Below are positions 14,001 through 30,043 of a stretch of DNA of 64,000 nt, piece by piece; within the stretch, counting starts at the first letter, position 1, and every line of letters begins with the position of its first letter. The DNA lies in the NCBI GenBank assembly GCA_951406725.2, contig OX597820.1:20398001-20462000 (forward strand). The letters are read 5' to 3'. Below the pieces are notes generated by a model. That model made no database searches. It saw only the letters and a program-made list of their open reading frames with translations, and had not been told where the DNA came from. A program made the translations under genes and the position numbers. Source of the DNA: Octopus vulgaris (Eukaryota).

Positions 14001-17000
14001 ACTATCAAATCCTTCATTTTGCCCAAATTCAGACGGAAAACCCAAGCAACGATGTCGTGTCGATGGGTGTGAGATTGACCCGGGAGGCATTCGCGAGTGA
14101 TTTCGTCGCAGCTGGGATTGCACGTGTAGGTGATAAAGAGGTCCGGCCGGCCGTAAATGCGCACGTAGGTCAAGGCGTCTTGGGTCCTTTCACGCATATA
14201 TCGCGGTCCTCCCGTGAAGGTGGAGGGTAGAATGCATGGCTTGCCGATGTTGCGAGGGTCATTTTCTTGTTGCAAACCGTCACGGAGATGAATGTAGGAG
14301 TCGGAGCGAAGTTTGGTCTGATTAAGTTTAATGTATAGCAGCCTTTCCGATTCCATTTTTGCGGCCATGTCGACGGCGAACTGGTTGAATAGCTGACGAC
14401 AACGGGGCAATAAGTTGAACTCACCCTCCCTGACCATGAACCGGTATGAGTAGAACGCCCTGTAGGAAACCGTCTTTGATGCCGCAGTAGTTTGATTGAA
14501 GGGCTGCCGTAAAGGAATTCCGAAGTGGTAGCCGTCTTCCCCATAAGGGAAAAGCAATGGATACTGAAGCGCGTCATAAGATCTGTGAGTCTCGCTGATC
14601 CTGTGTAGGTTGTTACCACGGGAGGAGATGATTATGTCACGGCTGTTGTGTTGCTCTCCGTGTATGACTGCGGCAATTTCGTTGCACGCAGGTGCGTTGA
14701 AACGGCGTTCGTGCTCCCCGTGGGGTCGTTTATCAGCATCAATGACAACGGTGAAGTTTGGAGATGGAGCACTGTCCAAGGCATATCTGAAGCTGCAGAC
14801 GTAGCTGTTGATATCATGAAGCATGGTTTGGAGACGGAGAAGAATGTCTTTGCGGGGAACATAGCTTGTACCCGGTATTATTCCAAGGCGTGCATCAACC
14901 TGGTGGTTGTAGTCGGCAATGAAGTATATTTGGAGGAAAGAAGACTGCTGAATCTCGTCTGGCAGAAGTGACCCAATAAGATGGTAGACCTGTCCCTGCA
15001 CTTTGAAAGTAGGCATCCAGCCTTCTCTGGGAGGAATTTTGGCCCCGAAAGAGGTCATTTGGAATGAGCAGTTGTACTTTCGAATTATTTCAAGGAATTG
15101 TGACGAATCGGGGGTTAAACCCGCCGCGAGATCCTTCAGTGGTTGAGGTGGTTCCCGTAGGGGTGGCAGGTCCACTTTGCCACCAGAGCAGCACAAACCA
15201 GGTGGCTCTCCGGGCCATTTCTTGGCTTTGCAAAACTGGCATACAATTGTCATTGACCCTATCTTGATGTCGTCACGCAAGGAGAAGTTAATTGTGGCGT
15301 CGTAGTTGAATGCTAGTGACAACCAGAAAGCGGGGGCAGGGGTACGTACACCACGAATGATATCCCGACGTTTGTTGATACTCTCAAGTCGAGTGCACCG
15401 TGCCTCAGCAGATTCAGATGCACGTGCGACAGCGGTAGCAGTGGCATCCCTTGAAAGCCTTTCAGCTCTCGCCTCAGCACCCTCTGAAGCCCTAGCAGAA
15501 GCAGTGCTAATGGCATATCTGGATGTCCGAATAGTCCGTTGGTGTGGAGTTTCGGCAGATCGAGCCCTGGCTGTTTGCGGCGTTAGCAGCTTGGCGAGCT
15601 CTCCTCTGTTGAGGTGTTTCGGCAGCTTTGGCCATGGCTTTGTTTGCGGCGTCAGCACATTGGCGAGTTCTCCTCTGCTGTGAGGTTTCGACAGATCGTG
15701 TCCTGGCGGTGCTAGTGGCGTTAGCCGCATTCCGAATGGCCCTTTGTTCGGGGTTCTCGCGAGCTCTGCGGATGGAAGCACAGTAAGAAGCCCGCATGTT
15801 TTGGCTGGACTGTTGCTCTTTCGTCAACCTCGAGCGGAGGGAAGATCTGTACGCTGCGACCCTTGCAAGTCGGGTAGAACGGTCGCTAGTAGTTTCAGAT
15901 GCCTGAGCAGCGGCATAACGGGAAGCTGTTTGCGAGAGGCGCAAGGCGGTTTCCTCGTGGGTCTCGCGTGCCCTTCTAGCCCTAGCAGCCGATGCCTTGG
16001 CCGTCCGAGGGCTGAGGAGGGTCCTTCTCTTCTTGGGTGGCATTTTGGTGGATAGCAATGTGTTTGGCAAAGGTGTAATAAAAAGGAACACGTGGGGTAA
16101 GTATTTTGGTGGATAGCAATGTGTTTGGTAAAGGTGTAATAAAAAGGAGCTCGTGGGGTAAGTATCCGAAAATGTATAAAAATGTACAAAAACGGCCAAA
16201 AAGCTGGCAGCAATGTGAGTGACAACAACGAAAAAGTCAAAAGTGATCAAACTGAACAAACGAAAGGAAAAGTTTTTTGATGCACACGACAAAAGTGGTT
16301 TATAATAAACCAAGAGTTTGCAAGTAGCGTCCGAGGACCGTTAGGGTACGTCAAAAATTGAAGGTAAAACGTTTGGGGTGGTAGTTATAAAGAAAGTTTA
16401 AACAAAAAAAGTATTCGAATAACTTGCGGCTGCAGCAGCTATTAGCAGAAGTGGCGGTGTTGGGGGTAAAGTCTCGAATGTAATTTCTTCCTGGTAGGAA
16501 TTGGTTGGATCGAATTATCGATAGCTAAAAAGGTCAAGTTGCGTCCCCTAGACAGTCTGGTTTGTGTTTAATACACAAATTTGTTTGCTATGTGTGCCAC
16601 ATATGATTAAATTAACCGATTTTTTCCAATAATGTATCCTATTGGAATAAAAAGGGCTATATAGCTCCTTGGAGCAGACATGATGCTCGTTGTGAAAAAA
16701 AAAAAGATTCCTGCCAATTTGTGAAAGATATTGTCGAAAATATGTCATCTTGAATTTGAACGCGATTTCCCAAAATGGCATGATTTTATCGATTGTTTCT
16801 GATGGTAAGGTATTGCATGGAAAACTAAAGTCAGAATTGAGTTTCTTAGGGTAACATTAAGCTTCACCATGAGTTTGGTGAAAATCGATTGCAAGTCGTG
16901 AAAACTACCATAGATAATGCGTTGCATAAAAAAAGCTTAGATTCTCGAGTTGCGTCCCCTAGACAGTCTGTGGTTCATGTTTATGATTCTCGACCCCATG

Positions 17001-17188
17001 TCGAATTTATCAATTTTTTTCAGAACTGGGGGAACTTTTCAAAATTTTCGCTGCGTTAGTTTTGAATTATGACATTGGGCTATGTGTGTGTCAAGTTTCA
17101 TCAGAATCGGTTGAAAGCCGTGGTCAGGGTGAGGGTACGAGAAAACAGACACACAGAAGCACGCACAGACAAACTGCCGTTTATATAT

Positions 17189-17191
<3 letters not shown>
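11052..17191 (-). mobile_element. Full-length Helitron (rolling-circle transposon), ~6.14 kb
   Basis: Minus strand starts A|TCTATATATAAACGG at 17191 and ends with hairpin CCCGG-GCAACG-CCGGG followed by CTAG|T at 11052. No TSD; (TA)n on both sides; encodes RepHel. Confidence 0.95.
11174..16043 (-). CDS. Helitron RepHel protein (HUH Y2 Rep + PIF1-family helicase); one apparent frameshift near 15573
   Basis: Probable start MPPKKRR at 16043 with ETxxQR repeats that continue in the 11174..15781 frame. Zn-like CQFC...CC; Rep motifs DLFITYTCNP, EWQKRGLPHAHIL, YVCKYINKG; helicase motifs APGGTGKT, WDECTM, GDFRQTLPV, INKSQGQT, HGQLYVGCSRV. Confidence 0.92.
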
Positions 17192-17250
<59 letters not shown>

Positions 17251-17262
17251 ATAGTACATACA

Positions 17263-17473
17263 TGAAGGGGTGCTGGAATTTCCTAGCTTTGGATAAAAGA
17301 AAATCCAGGAGGATCAGTTAATTATGATTTTATTCAACATATTCCCCCCTCTGATTCACACACTTCAGCGGTCCTTCTGTTTTTGAAAGCCCTGTAAAAG
17401 AACTCAGAATATTGGGCCTTCAACCAGGCCTTTTGTGATACCCTTAAAGCCAGGAACATTTCAGCACCGCTCG
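17263..17473. mobile_element. Mariner-type MITE, second copy
   Basis: Colinear with 10516-10735; TIR GGGGTGCTGGAATTTCC / GGAACATTTCAGCACC. Confidence 0.7.
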
Positions 17474-17926
17474 ATGGTCAGACCCAATCAACTAGATCGA
17501 TGATTAAAGGCATTCAATGACTGAATACCTTCGTGAACATTTAGGATTATATTATCCAGTGTGTCCTTCCTTTTTTAAAGATGGTAGGGTGATATTTCTA
17601 GCACGTCAAACGATCGCCTAGAACAGGAATTCTCAACCTGGCTTGTAAGATGGCATTTCAATGAATGCAACAAAATGGGGAAGTGCTGGTCTATACTTAA
17701 TCAAAATTGCTTTTTAGAATACAATTCTGAAATAAATTTTTCTATTAAGCACATAAAAAGAATTTATGATTCCACGTAGTTTCATGTTTTTCGTTTTATT
17801 AAAAAATAAACTGACTTTTTCATCTTCAAATTTAATATTATTTTTATAAGAGGTGTATAAAAATTAAATTATTCAAACTATTCCTTGGGAGGAGAGAGGG
17901 AGCGAGCTATAGAGATAGAGAGCTTT

Positions 17927-17961
<35 letters not shown>

Positions 17962-17962
17962 C

Positions 17963-17993
<31 letters not shown>

Positions 17994-17994
17994 C

Positions 17995-18033
<39 letters not shown>

Positions 18034-18551
18034 GCAGAGAGAGAGAGGCAGCGAGAGAGAGAGAGAGAGACAGAGTCAGTGTATAGGAAAGCTTGGGAAT
18101 CACTAACCTAGAGGTCATCCCAGTGTTGTTTTGGAGTATGGGTAACAATTTAGAAATATCTGTAAAAATTGACGAAGCACTACACATTTCTGGAAACAAG
18201 ATGCTCTACTTCGATATCTCTTAAGTTTCGAAGTGATTAACAAGCTTTAAAATAATACAATGACAGCACTGGAAACATCCTTGATACATTTACTCTGCCT
18301 TGGTTACATCTCAGTGATGGAATAGTGAGAGTTCCAACGTAACATTTGAGGGGTTTTGGGCATTTATGAGTCTGGTACAGTCCATTACATTCCAAGTCTA
18401 ACTACATCAGATTTCTTCCAGAAAAATTGTTAGAGTGATATTAAAATAAGGAATCTGCCCTTAGCACAGGCACTTTGCCCGCTGACACTCATTGACGCTA
18501 CATCGAAGAGGCCAAGGAACAGAAGAAAGAAGACATGCACCCAATACAAGA

Positions 18552-18650
18552 GCTGAAGGCACCTTCGAAAGGGGGGGCCCCCGCCACGTCAAAACGTTAG
18601 AGGAGTAGGGGCCGAAACCGAACGTGGTTCCTCCTGATGATGCCTTGAGT
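18552..18650 (+). ncRNA. Candidate non-circularly permuted hammerhead ribozyme
   Basis: UA cleavage site 18598-99, GAAA 18614-17, CUGAUGA 18634-40. Stem I GAGGAG/UUCCUC; helices AAGGCA/UGCCUU and GGCCCC/GGGGCC abut the core; GAAA-tetraloop hairpin 18562-75; CCACGU/ACGUGG extends stem III. Confidence 0.6.
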
Positions 18651-19027
18651 TAACTGGATCCTATAAAGGAGCTGTTGTGGTAGCAGACCACGAAACACGG
18701 TTGAAATTCCTCCGGTCCCCAAAATGCATAAGAATTGAAGACGGCTTCATTGAGATTTGAGCTTACAGAAAAGAGAGAGAGAGAGCCGGAACGTTTGCCA
18801 CAAAGCAATACAACCGAAACGATAACTATTCTGTCAATTAGCTGGATGTGATTTACAGTCTAGTAACTACATCAATAGAACTAGCAATGCATCTTGAGAA
18901 TACGTTAAATAGGGAAAGTGGCATTGAACACTTGATGGAAGCCAAGATAATTTAAACAACATTACTGCGAAATATAATATTCTGTACAGTACTGTCTACC
19001 ATACGCCTGTTATTTTTTTTAACTGTC

Positions 19028-19490
19028 TTTTGCTTGTTTCATTCATTGGACTGTGGCCATACTGGGGCACAACCCTGAAGGGTTTAGTCAAACAAATCGG
19101 CCCAGGACTTATATTTTTTAAGGTTGTACTTATTCTATCGTTCTCTATTGCAGAACCACTAACTTATAAGAAAATAAACAAAGCAATACCAGTAAGCGGG
19201 TGGGTGGCACACATACATACATTATATATATGTATATATACTCTTTACTCTTTTACTTGTTTAAGTCATTTGACTCGGGCCATGCTGGAGCACTGGCTTT
19301 AGTCGAGCAAATCGACCCCAGGACATAAATCAACCCCAGGACACATAAATATATACATCTGTGTGTGTGACGGGCTTCTTTCGGATTCCGTCTACCAAAT
19401 CCACTCAAAAGGCTTTGGTCGGCCTGGGGCTATAGTAGAAGACATTTGCCCAAGGTGCCACGCAGTGGGATTGAACCTGGAACCATGTGG
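19028..19490 (-). mobile_element. SINE family A fragments (nested/deleted)
   Basis: Pieces of the family A tail and head on the minus strand. Confidence 0.7.
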
Positions 19491-19870
19491 AAAGTTTGAA
19501 ATGCTGACGTGATGATACGCCACGAATGGGAAATTCCACAAAGTGCTGGAAGCTTGATGATGCTTATTTTTTAATTTTATTTTATGACTGATAGTTCGAC
19601 AGCAAAAATGGCTCTGAATCAAAGCGATCCTGATGCTAATAATGATGATGAAGATGACATTGTAAACACAATAGGAAAGATGTCCATAGATGATAGTACG
19701 ATGAAAATGTGTGATAGACTTATTAAAGGACGAGAACAGCTTGCATTCATAACAGAAAAAGAAATCAAATTCGTGTATAAAAATCAAAACAGAAAGAAAC
19801 TGCTACGACGGAAAATATTAATGAAGCCGTGACATTGCAATGATACAGGCGTCATTGCTGCACTAATAAA
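19490..19870 (+). mobile_element. pogo/Tigger-like DNA transposon remnant
   Basis: Peptide KMSIDDSTMKMCDRLIKGREQLAFITEKEI and the GGGAAATTCCACA segment resemble the Tigger4/Zombi-type transposase C-terminus and subterminal sequence (recognised from memory, unverified). Confidence 0.45.
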
Positions 19871-19884
19871 TATAATGCTGACAT

Positions 19885-20075
19885 TTTCCTTTTTATTCCT
19901 TTTCTCTTCGACTTTCCTATGTCTCCTGTTTCTGAAGAAAAGCGTTGATGTCGAAATATAAAACAACCATTCTCACATTCCTTGAGCGTCTATTAATACT
20001 TTTTATGTACCACGTCCTCTCGTTGTTGTTTTTTTCTTGTGGTGGCTTTTCTTCCTTTTGTTTAGTGGACTAATT

Positions 20076-20076
<1 letters not shown>
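19885..20076 (+). mobile_element. Penelope-like terminal fragment with a decayed minimal hammerhead (19928-19964)
   Basis: GTTT-CTGAAGA-...-GAAA-TAT-A-AAAC; homologous, in inverted orientation, to 24686-24850. Confidence 0.55.
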
Positions 20077-24096
<4,020 letters not shown>

Positions 24097-24653
24097 CAGT
24101 AATTCTTTACTTATTTCCCACCGCTCACTCCTTTCTCTCTGTCCTCAGATATTCAGCATTTTATGAATTATCGTGCACGCTCTGATATTATATTTTCTAA
24201 TACTTATATTTTCTAATACTTATCGATTGGATGAAACGATCGAAAGAGCGCAATTATGAACAATTCAAGCATTAAAGTAGAGGTTAACATACCCCAGCAT
24301 CTCAATCAATACACAAAATAATGGGTTTTTTTAAAAATCCAAACAGCAATACACGAATTCAGATCTATCGCAAGAAGACATTTTCCGAAACAGCATGAGA
24401 CACATCATTTTTAGCGATTTACAACAGTGATAATTCTTCGAGTACAGTGTTTGGTTTTGATTCTTAAAATACATTTTTCTTTCAATGTAACTATGCAACG
24501 GAGATACAAACAGCCTTAGCGATATATAAACTCCTCTCCTCCTTTCTCTCTCTCTGATTTATATCTTTATTTGTTTTATCTCTTACTTGTTTCAGTCATT
24601 CGATTGTGGCCATGCTGGTGCACCGCCTTGAAAATTCTTGTGTCTACGTACGC

Positions 24654-24685
<32 letters not shown>

Positions 24686-24688
<3 letters not shown>

Positions 24689-24850
24689 GTTAATCCAAAC
24701 ATGAAAACACAAAGAGAAAACACAACAATGCGAGGACGTGGAACAAGTATAGTGTTATTGGACGCTCAGGAAAGAAGGAAAGAAGGAGGGTTTAACGTTT
24801 CGAGCGGAGCTCTTCGTCAGAAACATAAGAAAAGGAAATATCCAAAGAAG
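24686..24850 (-). mobile_element. Penelope-like terminal fragment
   Basis: Adjacent to (TA)n, contains a minimal hammerhead, homologous to 19885-20076. Confidence 0.6.
24790..24824 (-). ncRNA. Minimal type I hammerhead ribozyme (dimer type)
   Basis: GUUU-CUGACGA-A-GAGC-UCC-GCUC-GAAA-CGU-U^AAAC, with palindromic ACGU in place of stem III. Confidence 0.7.
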
Positions 24851-24854
24851 GGAT

Positions 24855-25174
24855 ATATATATCACGTGATCACGTGACCGACCAGGCTATCAGATATAGC
24901 TACACATCACTGGTCACAATGCGCTTCGCATTGTTTTAGCCTTCAAATGACGCCACCCCGCTGGCTAAGCGAGCAGGCCAACAAAAGGATGTAAGAGAAA
25001 ATGTGGCGAAAGAGTACAGCAGGGATCGCCACCACCACTCTCTGCCGGATCCTCGTGGAGCTTTAGGTGTTTTCGCTCAATAAACTCTCGCAACGCCCGG
25101 TCTGGGAATCGAAACCGCGATCCTACGACCGCGAGTCCGCTGGCTGCCCTAACCGCTGGGCCATTGCGCCTCCA
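24855..25174 (-). mobile_element. tRNA-derived SINE family C with an alternative tail ending (CACGTGAT)x2
   Basis: Head near-identical to 5932-6100; 3' half unrelated to the 6.1-6.3 kb tail. Confidence 0.75.
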
Positions 25175-25741
25175 CATACACACACACACACACACACACA
25201 CATACACACATATATATGTGTTAGTATTCATGAATGACGTATCTATGTAACACACTCCCTCCCCAAAACGCACACGCACACACACACACACACAGACTCG
25301 TACACACACTCTCACGCAAAAACACACACACTCTCTATCCCCCCGCACGCACACACACACACACGCACACACACGCACACACGCACACACACAAAGAAAG
25401 ACATACGTACAGACATATTGAGATCGCGTTAATAATCTTTAAAAACATGAAAATGTATTAAGATAATGAAGACGTCCTTGAGAACTTCATTAATATAATT
25501 ACAAAATACAGCAACTTCCGGTCAATTATCAAAATGACTTACAATTCTTGAGTAGTGTTTAGGATGTATTAAAGTTTCATATCAGTAAAACGAAACCAGA
25601 TTTTTCCGGATGTTTATGTCCGGAATCTCTGCTGACCAAGTAGTTGTGTTCGATTGCGTATAACCCGTCACGTGGATTCTGCACATGACAGAATCCACGC
25701 GATGGGCTAAAAAGCTCGCTGCAGCTATAATTTTTTTTTTC

Positions 25742-26320
25742 CATTCTAGGCACAAGGCCCCCATATTTTTGGGGAGGGGGGATCAGTCGATGAGATCGAC
25801 CCCAGTACGCAACTGGTACTTAATTTATCGACCCCGAAAGGATGAAAGGCAAAATCGACCTCAGCGGGAATTTGAACTCAGAATGTAAAGACAGATGAAA
25901 TATCTATATCTTTATTACCCACAAGGGGCTAAACACAGAGAGGACAAACAAGGACAGACAGACAGATTAAGTCGATTGTATCGACTCCAGTGCGTAACTG
26001 GTACTTAGTTTATCGACCCCGAAAGGATGAAAGGCAAAATCGACGTCAGCGGAATTTGAACTCAGAACATAAAGACAGACGAAATATCTATTTCTTTACT
26101 ACCCACAAGGGGCTAAACACAGAGAGGACAAACAAGGACAGACAAACAGATTAAGTCGATTATATCGACTCCAGTGCGTAACTGGTACTTAGTTTATCGA
26201 CCCCGAAAGGATGAAAGGCAAAGTCGACCTCGGCGGAATTTGATCTCAGAACGTAGCGGCAGACGAAATACCGCTTAGTATTTCGCCCGGCGTGCTAACG
26301 ATTCTGCCAGCTGGCCGCCT
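25742..26320 (-). mobile_element. Trimeric SINE family B composite
   Basis: One tRNA head, two ~180 bp units ending CCCCTTGTGGGTA(GTA)A, then a third unit with the ordinary family B tail. Confidence 0.8.
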
Positions 26321-26397
26321 TTATATATAACTTGTTTGACATTCCATCTATTTTGCCCACCCACAGTCCTGAATATAACCGTACAAGTACCTAACGG

Positions 26398-26569
26398 TAC
26401 TTAGCGGTATTTCGTCCGTCTTTACGTTCTGAGTTTCAACTCTGCCGAGGTCGGCTTTGCCTTTCATCCTTTCAGAGTCGATAAATTAAGTACCAGTTGC
26501 GTACTGGGGTCGATGTAATCGACTATCCTCCTTCTCAAATTTTCAGGCATTGTGCCTATAATAGAAAGG

Positions 26570-26570
<1 letters not shown>
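26398..26570 (+). mobile_element. SINE family B, 5'-truncated
   Basis: CTTAGCGGTATTTCGTC...GTCGATAAATTAAGTACCAG...TTGTGCCTATAATAGAAAGG then (TAT)n. Confidence 0.8.
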
Positions 26571-26614
<44 letters not shown>

Positions 26615-27053
26615 GAGTGAGAGAGCAGTGCATGCCATCAAAGTGACACTGGGGTAAAATATACGAAGCCCAATATACCCATCATGACTACCCGTCTGAT
26701 AAAGGTACACCAGGCACATGCATCACAACCATATGTGCGCGACATGGTGATCTCATATCAAGATAAACAGCACATGACCTTGCAGGTGGGGCCCAGCTAG
26801 AATTTTCTTCAGGTTGAGTAGCCCATCCCGCTCAAAAGGTCCCTGAATACGGGTTGTTTAAGGATGTTGAAAGAACCACCCATGTTTCCAGAGGTGAATT
26901 ATTCAAACCCCAAAGAATCCCTCTCAACACATGGCTATGATGCTCCCCCACTACTTCTGCTCGTGATCAGAGATGCACATATTGTCAGCCACTAAGGAAC
27001 ATGCTCAACTGGTTAAGGTCAAACAACTGACAAGCAAATCTGTGGTATTGAGC
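26615..27053. mobile_element. ~440 bp non-coding element embedded in a (TAT/AAT)n microsatellite
   Basis: Complex sequence bounded on both sides by (TAT)n, with no ORF or TIR; class uncertain. Confidence 0.45.
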
Positions 27054-27205
<152 letters not shown>

Positions 27206-27660
27206 GGGCGGTGAGCTGGGAGAATCGTTTGCACACTAGACAAAATGGTTAGCGGTGTTCCACCCGTCGCTAAGTTCCGAGTTCAAATTCGGCCGAGGTC
27301 GACTTTGCCTTTCATCCTTGCGTTCGGATACTCTTATGCTCTATATCTTCTGGTTAAACACTAAGGAATATTTTGTGAAGACGAATATATATTCCAGAAA
27401 GTGCTTCAATTCATGAATTTCGCAAAACCACCATATTTTCACATTTAACAATAAAAATCTAATAAGCTCATATATTTCTGCTTAAATTATTTTTATGTTC
27501 AACGTTGTTAACATATAACGGATCACTCGTACTTGCTCACGTTCGCATATATAACACACGTTCGCATACAAAGGCGCATGTGTAGCAATGTTTGTGTGCA
27601 AGTGTAAATGTAAGCATGCGCGAGTGTGTGTACATGATATATATATGTGCGTGTGTGCGC

Positions 27661-27710
<50 letters not shown>

Positions 27711-28138
27711 GAAGGTAGACAGAATATGTATTTCTTTGCAAACCAAGCACATGATCTTAAAAAGGATTGTAACTTATTTAAAAGCCAGGGGCCAACATAG
27801 ATTCTCCTCCGTACATGATATGCATCTTCAGGTTAAAAAACTCTTTTGCTTTGTTTATTCTTTTTTACCAAAATGTTAGAAACGAGTATTCGATCAATTT
27901 TAAGTTTAGTAATGTCATTTTCTTCCGCTTTTGTTTTCTTCGTCTAGTTAAAACAGAAATGCTTTATGTTTCGCTCTCGACAACGTTTCTTGGTTCCGGA
28001 CAACATCCTTAACATGATATATGCTTAACTGTAAAAACTGACGTTAAAACTCTCATTGGATACATCTAGAATTTAGTTGTCATGATGATGCATCCGATTT
28101 GTAATTTACGACCATTATCATTATTATTATTATTATTA

Positions 28139-28700
28139 AAGCGGCGAGCTGGCAGAAAGGTTAGTACGCCGGGCGAAATGCGTAGCCGTATTTCGTCCGT
28201 CGTTACGTTCTGAGTTCAAATTCCGCCGAGGTCGACTTTGCCATTCATCCTTTCGGGGTCGATAAATTAAACACCAGTTACGCACTGGGGTCGATATAAT
28301 CGACTTAATCCGTATGTCTGTCCTTGTTTGTCCTATCTGTGTTTAGCTCCTTGTGGGTAGTAAAGAAATAGGTATTTCGTCTGTCTTTACGTTCTGAATT
28401 CAAATTCCGCCGAGGTCGACTTTGCCTTTCATCCTTTCGGGGTCGATTAAATAAGTACCAGCTACGCACTGGAGTCAATATAATCGACTTAATCCGTTTG
28501 TCTGTCCTTGTTTGTCCCCTCTGTGTTTAGCTCCTTGTGGATAGTAAAGAAACAGGTATTTCGTCTGCCGCTACGTTCTGAGTTCAAATTCTGCCGAGGT
28601 CAACTTAATTAAGTACCTGTTGAGTACTAGGGCCGATGTAATCGACTACCCCCCTCTCCCTCGAATTTCAGACCTTGTGCCTATAGTAGAAAGGATTATT
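28139..28700 (+). mobile_element. Trimeric SINE family B composite
   Basis: Same head + 2 LINE-tailed units + ordinary-tail unit architecture as 25742-26320, in opposite orientation. Confidence 0.8.
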
Positions 28701-28914
28701 AGTATTTATTTATTATCATGCTTTTTTGCGGTTTAGCGGTTCAGCCACAAGTAGGAAGATAACACTTAAGTTGTTTTCTCTCTTTGTTTTTTATCTTTGA
28801 TAGGGTTTCCGAGACTGAAAGAGAAAGAGGGAGAAACAACAAGCCATGATTTGCTTGGCTTCTATAGAAAGCAAAGTATTATGGTATCGAGTTATGCTCA
28901 AATACGAAACACAG

Positions 28915-29362
28915 TTGCGGGCTTGGCTGTGTTGCGAAGAAGCACGCTTTGCAACCACATGGATTCGGGTTCAGTCCCACTGTGCAGCAAATTTGAAAAA
29001 TGCTTTCTAGCATAGTCCCGGACCGATCAATGCTTTGTGAATGAATCTGGAAGAAAGAAACTGTAGAATCCCCTCATTAAAATATATATATATATATATG
29101 AGTGTGTGTGTGTGTCTTTGTATGTGTGTCTTTGTGGTTGTGCTTATACGCCGTTACACCGCTTGACAACCGGTATTGGCTTGTTTACGTCCTTGTAACT
29201 TAGCATTTCAGTAAAAGAGACCGAAAGGATAAGCACCCAACTAAAAGCCTAAAAAAAACAAAAACAAATAAATAAATGTAATGGGGGTCTATAGGTTCGA
29301 CTAAGCCTTTCAAGATGGTGCCCCAGCATGGCCGCAGTCCAATGACAGATACAAATAAAAAT
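28915..29362 (+). mobile_element. SINE family A, diverged
   Basis: Colinear with other family A copies. Confidence 0.75.
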
Positions 29363-30043
29363 AACAGATAAACGAAAGAATGCGTGTAGCTGAGAGGCCG
29401 GCCCCATCCCTCCATTAAGAACACCAAAGGACCAGCGAATGACGTTAAGCTGGATGACGAAAGCATGATGGCATATTTTGCCACTTAAATTCCCATATTC
29501 TAAATAATATATTTTCTTAAATCAAACGGCAGATATCAAAGAAAAAGAAAGCGGGTTAATCCTTAAGTAACGTCAACGAACGCTGGTGAGAAAATACTGT
29601 TCAAGGACGGCCTTGGAAGGGGCTTAATTCTTCTTCTCAATGACTTGAGGCAGAAGATTAACAAGACCACTTGTTAACAAACAAACCTCGGCCGGTGATA
29701 ACTGTCGTTGTTACAATTATCAGTAAGCGACTACGTGACAAACCTCGCAGTGACTAACTGCAAACGCAGTTTTGGTATTGTCGTGATTGTTCTCAGGTAA
29801 AAGATTATAACACCATGGCCAGGGGTTGTATTCCATGCGATAACCCAATTCCACAATATTTGGCAAGGGACAAACTTAATAATGACGTCAAAACGTACTT
29901 GCTTTTGGAGGTTGTAGTGAATTGCTCAAATATATATTTTTTGCTCAACACTGATGAGCTAAGAATTAACAAGACCATATAAAGGTTTCAACCGGCGATA
30001 ATGTAATACTTGCTGCTATTTGCCGAAACGTTCGTATGATATA

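Noticed and set aside
11985-16055. Antisense and alternative-frame ORFs within the Helitron
   Set aside because: Shadows of a GC-rich coding strand, with no recognisable motifs.
15507-16313. Separate 268 aa gene upstream of RepHel
   Set aside because: Better explained as the frameshifted N-terminus of RepHel, because its repeats continue in the other frame.
29945-30043. Hammerhead from CTGATGAG ... CCGAAACGTTCGTA
   Set aside because: Stem I and stem II pairings are not convincing, and a Helitron interrupts the region.
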